A stretch of DNA of 64,000 nt. It comes from a virus. The stretch covers positions 32,001 through 96,000 of IMG/VR virus record IMGVR_UViG_3300046167_000921; one strand, written 5' to 3'. Shown in pieces: positions 46,819 to 56,293 of this stretch. The position numbers were made by a program, and so were the translations under genes. The notes under the pieces were generated by a model. It had not been told where the DNA came from, did not search any database, and worked only from the letters and a program-made list of their open reading frames with translations. Position 1 is the stretch's first letter; each line of letters begins with the position of its first letter.

Positions 46819-47793
46819 ATGATTAATCTTATCTGGAGGACAGATGTACACATGGCCGACAAGACTCCAAGAAGGAGATTAGGCTCTTGGACAACAGATG
46901 TCGTGAGAAAACTTAAGTGGGTCGGTGAACTAGCAAAAGAAACAGGGGCAAATGCTGTCTTAGACGGCGGTGACTTCTTTGATGTTAAGTCACCCTCCAA
47001 GAACTCACACTCTCTCGTTAGAGAGGCATTTAACGCCCACAGCGATTACCCTTGCCCTGTCTATGGATTAGTGGGCAATCACGATGTTAAGTACGGTAAG
47101 TACGAATACCTGCCTGAGCAACCGCTAGGGGTCTTGTTCTCCTCTGGTGTCTTTAAGGAGTTTGGCGATAACAAGGAGATTGTCTTTGAAGAAGACGGAG
47201 TAAAAGTCAGAGTAGTTGGGATACCATATCACGGAACTTTGTATGACTTTGAAAGACTATCCTCTGTGGAAAGAGGAGATGAAGACTACCTCTTAGTTGC
47301 TTGTCACCTCTTGGCTCGAAAAGGTAAGACAGGGACGATGTTTGAAGGGGAAGATATAGTAGGATATGACTTCCTAGACACGGTCTCTCAGGTAGATGGA
47401 TGGTTCTTCGGGCATTGGCATAAAGATCAGGGAGTCGTGAAGCTTCCTAACGGAGCTACCGTAGTAAATGTAGGTTCGCTCACAAGAGGCTCTCTACACC
47501 TAGACGACCTTGATCGGAAGCCCTGTGTGGTAGAGGTCAAGATGACCAAAGAGAGTATCGAGTTCGTTAGGCACAATGTGCCTGTGAGACCCGCATCTGA
47601 GTGCTTCAAGATAGAAGAGGCAGTAAGAGAAAAAGACGACAGCCAGAGAATGACTGACATAGTGGATCGAATGAAGAAGATCGCGACACAAGGCTGGACA
47701 GAATTAACATTAAAAGAGCGAGTAATGTCCATTAGCACGGCATCTAATGGTGCGAAGGAGCTTGCTAACTCTTATTTAGACAAGGTAACTTAA
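46819..47793 (+). CDS. SbcD/Mre11-like metallophosphoesterase (nuclease)
   Basis: TDVH, GGDFFD, VGNHD, GHWH and NVGSLTR. Confidence 0.85.
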   Translation: MINLIWRTDVHMADKTPRRRLGSWTTDVVRKLKWVGELAKETGANAVLDGGDFFDVKSPSKNSHSLVREAFNAHSDYPCPVYGLVGNHDVKYGKYEYLPEQPLGVLFSSGVFKEFGDNKEIVFEEDGVKVRVVGIPYHGTLYDFERLSSVERGDEDYLLVACHLLARKGKTGTMFEGEDIVGYDFLDTVSQVDGWFFGHWHKDQGVVKLPNGATVVNVGSLTRGSLHLDDLDRKPCVVEVKMTKESIEFVRHNVPVRPASECFKIEEAVREKDDSQRMTDIVDRMKKIATQGWTELTLKERVMSISTASNGAKELANSYLDKVT

Positions 47794-47795
47794 AT

Positions 47796-48305
47796 ATGAT
47801 TGTAAGTGAAAGAAACAAAGAAGGGTTATTAGAGGATCTCGGAAAGTACCTTCAAGAGTACCTGAGCCTCTCACAGAAGATCTCGTTCAACGGAAACAAG
47901 TCCGACAGGGCGGACTTGAACGAGTATGCAAGCACGATTCTCGATGTCCTGACACAAAAGTCTTTGTCGGGCAAGTCTCTAGAGTGGGATTACGAGAAGT
48001 TCCGTGAGGCGAAAGGAGGCTGGGTTGAGACAGGAGCTTCTGTAGAGGAGATCATTGAAACAGTAACCTATAACATAGGTGTGTATGAAGGCTCTTTGAG
48101 TACAGGAGAGAAGTGGGAAGTAGAAGAGATGAAGTCTAATGAAATCACCTTCGCCCCTGTACTCTCAGACATAACCGTCAAGCTCAGCGATCTCTCTGAG
48201 CTTAAAGAGAACTACCCTCAGATTAAGAACATTCACTTAGTTAGCGACGCTAAATTGGGAGAGGTCAACATTCGCCTCAAGCTCTTTTTGGACGGATGCG
48301 ACTAA
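47796..48305 (+). CDS. Hypothetical protein
   Basis: 169-aa ORF. Confidence 0.55.
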   Translation: MIVSERNKEGLLEDLGKYLQEYLSLSQKISFNGNKSDRADLNEYASTILDVLTQKSLSGKSLEWDYEKFREAKGGWVETGASVEEIIETVTYNIGVYEGSLSTGEKWEVEEMKSNEITFAPVLSDITVKLSDLSELKENYPQIKNIHLVSDAKLGEVNIRLKLFLDGCD

Positions 48306-49685
48306 AGCAGAGTTCATTTGAACGTGTTCCTTGATCTCCTCATCAATAGGTTCTTCACCTGAGAGAATCTTGTATATCAAGGTGGCTCCTTCTCCGTTCT
48401 TCATATAGTCTTCAAGATCAGCCTTTAATGTGAGCATGGCTTTAGCTTGTACTATCTTTAGGGATATAGGAAGTGAAGCAGATGACCCTTTTTTGCCTCC
48501 TCCTGAAAACTTGTTCTTTATAGCGGTGAACATGTTCGCCATGCCTTCAGTCGCTTTGTCATACCACACTTCAGCCTCGTCGAAGAATTTCTTGCCTGCT
48601 TGGTCTGACATAGTTCCAGATAGATAGAGACCTTTCTCAATAGCGGGTCGTACTTCTAGCTGAAACTCCTTATGCACCTCTAGCATCTGATCTTTCATCT
48701 CTTTCCAACTCAGATCTGGGTTGTCCATGATGTCCTGAATCTTCTCGTTATACCGAGACTCCATTTTTTCGGGTGTTACGGCACCCGCAAAGATGTCTTG
48801 AGTTACGAGCTTGAATTGATTTGTACTTCGACCATCAAAAAACTTTTTCAACGCCGTCCCAAACACTATAGCTATCACGGTAGATATCAAAAATCCTGTC
48901 CCTTTAGCTAACAAACCTTCGCTCTGGCCGATAAAAAGTTTTGCAATAAATCCATTGAGACTACCCCCTAATCCGGGGATGATTCCGAAGTGACTTATTA
49001 TAAGGAAAATGCCAAAGGGTAATATCACCCTTAACAGCATATCTTGAGCCCAAACAGCGGCAATAGAAAGAACCTCGACAGATTGATCGAACGCTTTCAA
49101 GAAACTGGTCTTGAAGAGTTCGAAATTTTTGCTTGGACTCAACTTCTGATCACTAGCTCTCCAATCATCAACAAAACTCTTCAAGGCGAGAGGGACGCTC
49201 TTAAGAGCATTCAGACCGACAAAGACGAATTTTGAGACAATACCCCTAGTAATGCCAAGAAAGAGTGCTTTGTGCCAGCTTCGTTCATAACCAGGGGTCT
49301 TGAACGCACTACGAACACCCTCTGCGATTTGAATCACATCTGCCTCGTAGAGCTCTATCTCACTTGAAGGAGCACGGATACGGTCTTCATCATAGATCAA
49401 TATCTGTAGTTCGTAAAAGTCCTCGGCCTCTTTGAGTTCTATCGTCTCCTTGGTGATCTCTCCCGCTTTAAACTTTGGATACCACGAACCTATCTTTTGC
49501 TGGGCATACCTCTTCTTCTGGAGCAGTGGGTATTCCTTCTCGGCTCTCTCCTCTTCTATTTCAAACCAGCCTCGAAGAACCCAATACCCTATTGTCTCGC
49601 CTTTTCTATAAGGGTGAGGACCCCTCCAAGATTTCATGGCGTCGTCAAAGGGTGCCCATTCTTTTTTTGTTAGATTCACGATCAT
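48237..49685 (-). CDS. Hypothetical protein with central glycine-rich hydrophobic hairpin
   Basis: 482 aa; VILPFGIFLIISHFGIIPGLGGSLNGFIAKLF...FLISTVIAIVFG. Confidence 0.6.
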   Translation of the reverse strand: MIVNLTKKEWAPFDDAMKSWRGPHPYRKGETIGYWVLRGWFEIEEERAEKEYPLLQKKRYAQQKIGSWYPKFKAGEITKETIELKEAEDFYELQILIYDEDRIRAPSSEIELYEADVIQIAEGVRSAFKTPGYERSWHKALFLGITRGIVSKFVFVGLNALKSVPLALKSFVDDWRASDQKLSPSKNFELFKTSFLKAFDQSVEVLSIAAVWAQDMLLRVILPFGIFLIISHFGIIPGLGGSLNGFIAKLFIGQSEGLLAKGTGFLISTVIAIVFGTALKKFFDGRSTNQFKLVTQDIFAGAVTPEKMESRYNEKIQDIMDNPDLSWKEMKDQMLEVHKEFQLEVRPAIEKGLYLSGTMSDQAGKKFFDEAEVWYDKATEGMANMFTAIKNKFSGGGKKGSSASLPISLKIVQAKAMLTLKADLEDYMKNGEGATLIYKILSGEEPIDEEIKEHVQMNSALVASVQKELEANVDLSQFSVAN

Positions 49686-49736
49686 AGCAGTAGCCTTTCT
49701 GGTTTTTGGTATACGTCACTCATAAAGAAACAAAAA

Positions 49737-50108
49737 CTAAACCTTCCACTTTGGGTCTACTACCCAAGGATGGTTGACTCCTTCTCCCCTACATAAGGGA
49801 GAGTCTTTAACCGACCAATGACACCTAGCTTTACTTCTCTTGCCCTTCTTGAGTGCATGTTCTGCTTTCAAGGCTTCAGATCGAGATGTGTAAGGGCCAT
49901 AACAAGCACGGGCGACCCAAGGACGATGTTTAGAGGTATATTTACCACCTTTGGGATTTCCTTGTTTACCATTAGCGTAGAGTCCGTTATGTTCTCGAAG
50001 CCTTCGTGCGGGATCTGTGGTCATACCGACGTAGAAAAAGCCTGGTAAAGGCTTGCCTTTCTTACCCACCCTAACATTCTCGCTCTGTATAACATACACC
50101 CAATACAT
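49737..50108 (-). CDS. GIY-YIG nuclease (SLX1/UPF0213-like)
   Basis: YWVYVI...FYVGMTTDPARRLREHNG...GGKYT..HRPW...ALKAE. Confidence 0.9.
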   Translation of the reverse strand: MYWVYVIQSENVRVGKKGKPLPGFFYVGMTTDPARRLREHNGLYANGKQGNPKGGKYTSKHRPWVARACYGPYTSRSEALKAEHALKKGKRSKARCHWSVKDSPLCRGEGVNHPWVVDPKWKV

Positions 50109-50119
50109 ATTTACTCCTT

Positions 50120-50590
50120 TTGAGGTCTGACATGAACACTGACGACATACTCAACTCGACAGCCCATTTTTTGAAAGAATACTTTGATATGGAAGATTGG
50201 AGTGTTGATGAAACTCCGCCTTCATTTACCCTCTTCAATCTTTATACGAAAGACGAAGAAGAGTGGGCATATCATTTCTTGCCCGTCAAAGACCTTTGTG
50301 GCGTCGAGCCTGAATTCTTGGCTCCGACTTTAAAGTCTGCACTTCACGAAAGCACCGAAGGAGAGAACCTTGCGTTTTTCGGGGTCTGTCAGGCTCCCGA
50401 AGGCGATCTCGAAGGCAGACTAGACCCCGAGTCAGAGTACTTCTTCCTTATACTGTATCTGGCAGACAAAGATTCCTTTTACGGTAGTCTTTATGATTTT
50501 GATATGGCTGAGCTAGGGTCTCTTGATGTGTTCCAAGCATTCCCAGAATTAATGGAGGTAGACTTCTCTACCGAAGATATTGTCCACTAA
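50120..50590 (+). CDS. Acidic hypothetical protein
   Basis: 156-aa D/E-rich ORF; SD TGAGGT suggests the start is the second Met. Confidence 0.55.
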   Translation: MRSDMNTDDILNSTAHFLKEYFDMEDWSVDETPPSFTLFNLYTKDEEEWAYHFLPVKDLCGVEPEFLAPTLKSALHESTEGENLAFFGVCQAPEGDLEGRLDPESEYFFLILYLADKDSFYGSLYDFDMAELGSLDVFQAFPELMEVDFSTEDIVH

Positions 50591-52046
50591 GGTATCTTCT
50601 AGTGATTTGGGAGGCTGACTTTTTCTTAGCTTCTTCATTTAGTTTACGGACGAAGTCCTTTGAGTTACGTTCGATGTCGCGGATCATATTTTTCACCTCT
50701 TTCATATAGCCTTTTTGATCAAACACCCCTTTTTCGTCTATGAACTTACCTATGGCTTTAGCTTCATCTTTACCGAATACGTTAAATACCGAACTGAGAG
50801 CTTCTTCAAGAACTTTCTCAGGGTCTACCTTAGCCCCCACCCTAACTCGGTCGAGTTCATTAAGCTGGAATAGGTTAGCGAATATTTCGGGGACTGTGAG
50901 TACAGCCCAAGCTCCGCCCGCCACCGCTTTCCCTGAAGCCGAGAGACCTGCATACATTAAGCCTGTCATGGTACTTACTCCAAACCTAGCCGTCTGATCT
51001 AAAAGAGATTTAGAAGCCTCCCCTAATGCTTCCATAGCCCCCTTTTTGGCTTTGACTAGACATTCCGACACCTTATGCTCCTCCCCCTTCTTCAACCGCC
51101 CTTTGAACATCTCTCCGACCGCGTAAGAAATATTCTCCTTCATACTATTAGTATTTTCTTCCGTGGGGTTGGCAAACTCACTGAAACCTTTAGAGAATGC
51201 TACTGAGGGCTTAGGTATCTTTCTTGAGAGATTTTTGGTCACATCTTTCAGTATGTCTAACGGAAAATGGATAACCTTCCCGACCAAGTTCTTACGAGTA
51301 TCGAAGACCTTGCGGTACTTTTTATCGTTCATGTCCATTTTTTTGTCGAGCCAAGTCTCAGTCGTTTTGTTTTTCTCTTCTTTATCCCGCTTCTTCAGGA
51401 AAGACTTTGCTTTGTCATGAAAGGGGCTATCAGGATCAGAGGCGTAACTCTTTACCGTAGACAGAGAAAGCTTTCGCCCTTGAAATCGAACTTTATCCGC
51501 ACCCGCATTACCCACAATAGAGGAGGCCATGACCTGTCTCCCTTCGGGAGTTATTTCTCGATCAATCATAAGTGCTGGTCGGCGTACAAGAAAGTTAGGC
51601 CACTTCTCAAACCATTTCGAATAGAACTCGTCCTCACACACCTCCCTTATCGTCTTGTCTGGATTAGGGATATTAGGATCTGCGATATGTACGATGTAAT
51701 TGCCTTTTTCACCTGTCACATCAAAGATGAGACTAGCGTGACTCCAATCCCTTCCTTCAGGATTCCATGCGATAAGAACAGGCTTTCCTTGGTCTGTCCA
51801 TTCTTTAACTTGGGTGAGTGTCGCAGGGGTAGTGAGCGTAGCTCTGCACCCAAAGTATTGAGCACAAGCTAATACTTCTTCCCACCTAGACCCTTGCATC
51901 GGTTTTGCACCTATGATTTCATTGACCTGCTCTTCTGTACATTTAACACCGAGTGCGTTCAGTGCCATGCAAGTAGAGGTCGAGACACAAGTGAATTGAG
52001 TCATCTGTCGGATTGGTGTTACGTTCGCTCTCGCGGATCTTCTCAT
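50568..52046 (-). CDS. Peptidase C39-like domain fused to a helical/hydrophobic C-terminal region
   Basis: RQMTQFTCVSTS (Cys), WSHASL (His) and IADPN (Asp). Confidence 0.78.
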   Translation of the reverse strand: MRRSARANVTPIRQMTQFTCVSTSTCMALNALGVKCTEEQVNEIIGAKPMQGSRWEEVLACAQYFGCRATLTTPATLTQVKEWTDQGKPVLIAWNPEGRDWSHASLIFDVTGEKGNYIVHIADPNIPNPDKTIREVCEDEFYSKWFEKWPNFLVRRPALMIDREITPEGRQVMASSIVGNAGADKVRFQGRKLSLSTVKSYASDPDSPFHDKAKSFLKKRDKEEKNKTTETWLDKKMDMNDKKYRKVFDTRKNLVGKVIHFPLDILKDVTKNLSRKIPKPSVAFSKGFSEFANPTEENTNSMKENISYAVGEMFKGRLKKGEEHKVSECLVKAKKGAMEALGEASKSLLDQTARFGVSTMTGLMYAGLSASGKAVAGGAWAVLTVPEIFANLFQLNELDRVRVGAKVDPEKVLEEALSSVFNVFGKDEAKAIGKFIDEKGVFDQKGYMKEVKNMIRDIERNSKDFVRKLNEEAKKKSASQITRRYLSGQYLR

Positions 52047-52095
52047 AATACGCTCCCTTTTTATTTATTACGAAGAGGCGACTATAAGTAAATTA

Positions 52096-52629
52096 TTAGA
52101 AAGGCGTATGGCTCAACACAGGATCTGGGTAGCTTTTTAAGAAGCGTGCAAAGTGGACTTGTGACACTCTAAGATTGAATATAGGGATATTACATAGATG
52201 TGCGGCACGAACCGCATACCTTGTGCCTCCTGACTCTTTCCCTACCATCAGAGGATCTCCCTCACAGTAGAAGACAACAAACTTAACAGGGTCTAACCTG
52301 TCAGGGTCGTCCCCGAAGATCTGGTACATATTCCTTATGATCAGAGATCGGGTGTAAGGCTTCATCCTGTTAAGAGGATACTCCCAGCATACCTCTTTAG
52401 CCTTTTCGACAGCCCATTCATGTTCTAGTATGTCTCTGGATCTTGAGAGCCATATCTGCTTTGAACCTTTTTCAATATCACACCCTGCCTCAAAAGCGGA
52501 GTCTGCTCCTTTAGCTCCCCCAGACCTCAAGACGAGTCCTTGACGAGAGCAAGCCCTCCCAATCTTCTGCATCATCTTGAGGCAGGTGTCGGGTGTGTTC
52601 CTATTTCCGATACCTGCGTAATAACTCAT
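52096..52629 (-). CDS. SLOG-superfamily (DprA/YspA-like) protein
   Basis: YAGIGNRNTP, LRSGGAKGADSAFE and SGGTRYAV. Confidence 0.75.
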   Translation of the reverse strand: MSYYAGIGNRNTPDTCLKMMQKIGRACSRQGLVLRSGGAKGADSAFEAGCDIEKGSKQIWLSRSRDILEHEWAVEKAKEVCWEYPLNRMKPYTRSLIIRNMYQIFGDDPDRLDPVKFVVFYCEGDPLMVGKESGGTRYAVRAAHLCNIPIFNLRVSQVHFARFLKSYPDPVLSHTPF

Positions 52630-52642
52630 TTTACAAGTCCTT

Positions 52643-52687
52643 AAAAAAGAAGACCCCCCAACACCACAAAAGGTGAAGGGGGGTCTT
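52643..52687 (-). terminator. Rho-independent terminator after the SSB gene
   Basis: AAGACCCCC...CACC-ACAAAA-GGTG...GGGGGTCTT with a T run on the minus strand. Confidence 0.7.
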
Positions 52688-52737
52688 AAGTATCATCTGA
52701 AGGAGTCTAGGACTGTCCTTCGGACAGGAGACTCATC

Positions 52738-53496
52738 TTACTTGATGAGGTCGTCCAAGAGGTCTTCGGCTTCGAAGTTAGCTGTAAAACCACTTGCTGA
52801 AGCAGTAGGTGACCCGACAGAGTTGCTAGAACTCTGTGCGAACTTCTCAACAAGCTCATCATATGTGAAGACATTGACGAGGCTGTTGATAGATTCCTCA
52901 GCGAATTGCCCTCGTCTCACGATCTCGTTAAATACTTCAGGCTTGGTCTGCGATAGAACCCTCAAGAGACTCTCCTTGCGTGGGGTGAATGTCATCTGAT
53001 GCATGTCATTCGTCACGCTGATCTGAAGATCATGCTGAGAGAAGGGGTAGTCATGGACGAGTGCTTGAAGTTGCTGGAGCTTTGACTTCGTAAAGCCGTA
53101 GGTCTTGACTTGGAATTCTCCGTTTGAGAGGCGGTTCTTATCAACCTGACCCTTGTGGTCCAAAGGCCACAACACAAGTGTGGTGTATGCCTTGGTTTGA
53201 GCCTTCGCGGGTGATCCGTCGCGATTAGCGGGAATCCCCGGAATTGAAGCGAAGCGTGGCTCTTTGACGAGGAACTTCCCAACCCCACGACCACCCCACA
53301 TTGAAGTGAGTGCAGTCATATTTGGATTTGTGGGAACTTCATCATTCTCAAATTGAAGAGATCCCTCTTTGAGGCCTGGGAGTGAGATGAAAGAAACTCG
53401 GTACTGATCACCCTTCTTGGGCTTAAGCTCTGTTCCTTCGGTGTCTAGTGCGGGGGGCGTTTCTTTGCCGAGTGTAAACTCTGTGAATTCTGACAT
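52738..53496 (-). CDS. Single-stranded DNA-binding protein (gp32-like)
   Basis: OB-fold-like aromatic/basic pattern and acidic tail EAEDLLDDLIK; followed by a terminator. Confidence 0.6.
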   Translation of the reverse strand: MSEFTEFTLGKETPPALDTEGTELKPKKGDQYRVSFISLPGLKEGSLQFENDEVPTNPNMTALTSMWGGRGVGKFLVKEPRFASIPGIPANRDGSPAKAQTKAYTTLVLWPLDHKGQVDKNRLSNGEFQVKTYGFTKSKLQQLQALVHDYPFSQHDLQISVTNDMHQMTFTPRKESLLRVLSQTKPEVFNEIVRRGQFAEESINSLVNVFTYDELVEKFAQSSSNSVGSPTASASGFTANFEAEDLLDDLIK

Positions 53497-53602
53497 CAGA
53501 AATTCTCCTTGTATATGATAGAAATGAGCTCAGTGATGTTCAGACCATTCTGACTTCCATGTCGCTCAAGTTACTTATACAAAAGAAGACCGTTCCCACA
53601 AA

Positions 53603-53887
53603 TTATTTTCCACCTAGCCGAAAACTTATCTCTTCTTCACATATGAGAGCCAGCACCTCAATCAGAACATCCTTAAGAGTGGGGTACTTGACGACCTCGT
53701 TCAAAAACCACAGGTCTCCCTGTTTCTTCAAGTATAGGTCTTGACCACCGTGAGTTCTAATAGAAATCTTAGTGGGTGATCTAGACACCTTGACTCGTAG
53801 GGAAGTTTCGATGCTACCTCTAGGGATTGTACCTATGTCAGAGGCAAACAAACTTTTAACAATATCGAATGCCTCTGGAATAGTCAC
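53603..53887 (-). CDS. Hypothetical protein
   Basis: 94-aa ORF. Confidence 0.45.
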   Translation of the reverse strand: MTIPEAFDIVKSLFASDIGTIPRGSIETSLRVKVSRSPTKISIRTHGGQDLYLKKQGDLWFLNEVVKYPTLKDVLIEVLALICEEEISFRLGGK

Positions 53888-53890
53888 AGT

Positions 53891-54502
53891 CTACCTTACT
53901 TTCTTGTCTAGGCTAATATTAAGGTCATATTCCTTGCCTACAAACCAGCCAATAACAAACATCACTACTCCATAGAGGAGACTTCCGAGTAGGCCAGCTT
54001 CCTTATCGTGCGATGCAGATTTTCTAACCCCTATCACCTTAAACAGGTATTTGAGTACACAGCCTAGTATGAAGGTCGCTAGGCGAATGATATTTTTTCC
54101 AAGGAAGAAAATAAGTCCTGCATTTTTGCGGAGAGAGGCTCTACGGACAAGAGGGTTGTCGAGGACGATCTCTGGATTCTTCTTTGCTTTGATCAAGAAC
54201 TCCACCTGCTTGATAGGATTAGGGCCTACCTGAGCACTGAGCTCTTTCATAGCCTGCTCGTATTCGCGTGTCTTTGACACCTTTATGTAACTCTGGGCTA
54301 TTTTTTTAGGAGACCCTGCTCTTTTGAACGTTGAGGCGACATCCCGTTGCACACGCTTGAAGATTTCGATCTTCTCTTTGATCTTCTCTTTCACATCGGA
54401 GAGAAATGCTTGCCTCTCAAGTTGAGCGATCCTATTTTCAAGAACGGCGATTTTCTGTGATGCTGTTAGTTGTCTCATGCTGTTACCCTTTCTTAGGTTC
54501 AC
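53891..54502 (-). CDS. Tagged hypothetical protein with two hydrophobic segments (likely start 54478)
   Basis: MRQLTASQKIAVLENRIAQLERQA leader; RKNA-GLIFF and KEA-GLLGSLL segments. Confidence 0.6.
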   Translation of the reverse strand: MNLRKGNSMRQLTASQKIAVLENRIAQLERQAFLSDVKEKIKEKIEIFKRVQRDVASTFKRAGSPKKIAQSYIKVSKTREYEQAMKELSAQVGPNPIKQVEFLIKAKKNPEIVLDNPLVRRASLRKNAGLIFFLGKNIIRLATFILGCVLKYLFKVIGVRKSASHDKEAGLLGSLLYGVVMFVIGWFVGKEYDLNISLDKKVR

Positions 54503-54529
54503 ATGAGAGGGGGGGGTATAAAAGAACGA

Positions 54530-55072
54530 TTACATTTCTTCGATCTCTTGCCTGAAGTCATCAGCCCAGTCTTCAATGTCCTTTCCAAAGGTCTTTAAGA
54601 GACGGCGGCCGTCAGGAGATGAAGAGAAGAGTTTCCAGCCCAGATTACTTTTAATGCGACCTGCGTCCAAGTAAGCTTTAAGTTTTTTAACGTCAAGCTT
54701 GTCTCCTTGCTTTCGCAGAGAGATCAAGATAACGGGGTTCTTTGGGGTCTCTGGGATTTTCCTGAAGATTATGGAGAGACAGAATTTATTGTGTCTGAAG
54801 TCTACCACATAATCAAAGATCTCTACCCTAGACCCTTTTCTGCGACCTGCGAAGTTAGAGAACACAGAGTAATACTTCATCAAATGGGTAGAAAACGTGT
54901 CTCCTACCTGATCTGTAGGGTCATCAAAAGTCTCTTCGAAATCTCTTTCGTAAGGTTCCGCTTGTTCGTCAAGCCAATCTTGGAATCCTTCTTCGATACT
55001 TGTTATAAGAGTCTCAGATATGCTGTCCGCAACTCGCTTCGATTTGCCGAACAAGTTTCTTATGTACTTCAT
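54530..55072 (-). CDS. Hypothetical protein
   Basis: 180-aa ORF. Confidence 0.55.
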   Translation of the reverse strand: MKYIRNLFGKSKRVADSISETLITSIEEGFQDWLDEQAEPYERDFEETFDDPTDQVGDTFSTHLMKYYSVFSNFAGRRKGSRVEIFDYVVDFRHNKFCLSIIFRKIPETPKNPVILISLRKQGDKLDVKKLKAYLDAGRIKSNLGWKLFSSSPDGRRLLKTFGKDIEDWADDFRQEIEEM

Positions 55073-55074
55073 AG

Positions 55075-55701
55075 GTGGTTGCCTTTCATCGTTGGTATGA
55101 ATTAATATTAACTAACTATAAGGAGTCTAATGTGAGAGTTGTTGTTGAGGGGTTGATTGGTGTAGGTAAGTCCACGTTTACAACAGAAGCGAGTAGGATT
55201 CTCCAGCTTCAAGCTCAATATGAGTCTGTGGATGATAATCCTTTCTTAAGCAAGTTCTATGAAGACACCCACAGATGGGGCTACACTCTTCAGATGCACT
55301 TCTTATATGACAGACTAGATAAGCACATGACTAAGGACATGATATTAGACAGATCTATCTGGGGAGATCTCTGTTTCGCCAATATCCTGTTTCAAGATGG
55401 AATACTTACCGAAGATGAGCATCAATCCTATATCAAGCATTTTCAGATCGCTCAGGCGTTTGTGCCTCATGTAGATTATTGCATACATCTTCATATTGAA
55501 GTTGAAGAAGCACAAAAAAGAATAGCCAAGAGGGGTCGTGACTTTGAGTCTGGGATCACTGCTGACTATTTACATAAGTTACAGGATCAACTCGATCAGT
55601 TACCCTCTTGGCTACCCAAGAGTACTCAATATATTAGAGTTGATTGGGAAGATATGACTCTCCCTGAGATGAGGAAGAAGATTGAATCAATCCCTATTTG
55701 A
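55075..55701 (+). CDS. Deoxynucleoside kinase (likely start GTG 55132)
   Basis: VVVEGLIGVGKST, YESV..NPFL..FY, LQMHFL, ILDRSIWGD and RIAKRGR. Confidence 0.9.
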   Translation: MVAFHRWYELILTNYKESNVRVVVEGLIGVGKSTFTTEASRILQLQAQYESVDDNPFLSKFYEDTHRWGYTLQMHFLYDRLDKHMTKDMILDRSIWGDLCFANILFQDGILTEDEHQSYIKHFQIAQAFVPHVDYCIHLHIEVEEAQKRIAKRGRDFESGITADYLHKLQDQLDQLPSWLPKSTQYIRVDWEDMTLPEMRKKIESIPI

Positions 55702-56293
55702 AAGTAAGGATACTTACGCCATCTTCACGATGGGTAGAGGGTCTTGAACTTTCCCATAGCTTCGGGTTACGAATGTCCAAGAAAGAAGCTCCGTTTCGAG
55801 AAAGTTCCGCTGAAGTGTCAGGCAGAGCATTAAGCCTTTTTTGAAGCTGTGCAGGCTCGTTAGACCACCCTCCGATTACCTTCAAGGTAACTCCATCACG
55901 ACTCGGCTTCACAATGGTTTTCACGCTAGATGGGTAGGTGCCTTCTACTAGACTCGCCACGACAAGGGCAGACCAAAAAGCGTTTGTATTCTTGTCGTTA
56001 ACGGTGTGTACGAAAGAACTCGATCCGTCATCTTCTTTGATGACGATTAATTTTGAGGGGTTGACTGTCAACAAGACGTAGTGATCTCCTGCAAAAACAA
56101 TGTCCTCCTGCCACTCGATCTCGCCGTCCCAACCGTACTTTTCGTGAAGTTGATCTTCTACCCTTGGGTCTAGTTCCCCATGTTCTGTGTATCTCGTTCT
56201 TTTTGCTGTATTTTTCATATTTCCCTTAGTTGGGTGCCGACCCGAAGAACAGGTAGCCTTTGACTTTCCCAACCTTAACTTGATTGCGAACAC
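55694..56293 (-). CDS. Hypothetical protein (likely start 56218)
   Basis: SD AAGGGA before MKNTAK. Confidence 0.55.
   Translation of the reverse strand: MFAIKLRLGKSKATCSSGRHPTKGNMKNTAKRTRYTEHGELDPRVEDQLHEKYGWDGEIEWQEDIVFAGDHYVLLTVNPSKLIVIKEDDGSSSFVHTVNDKNTNAFWSALVVASLVEGTYPSSVKTIVKPSRDGVTLKVIGGWSNEPAQLQKRLNALPDTSAELSRNGASFLDIRNPKLWESSRPSTHREDGVSILTFK

Noticed and set aside
49737-50108. GIY-YIG as a mobile homing endonuclease
   Set aside because: It is a short SLX1/UPF0213-type catalytic domain with no DNA-binding tail and no intron context.
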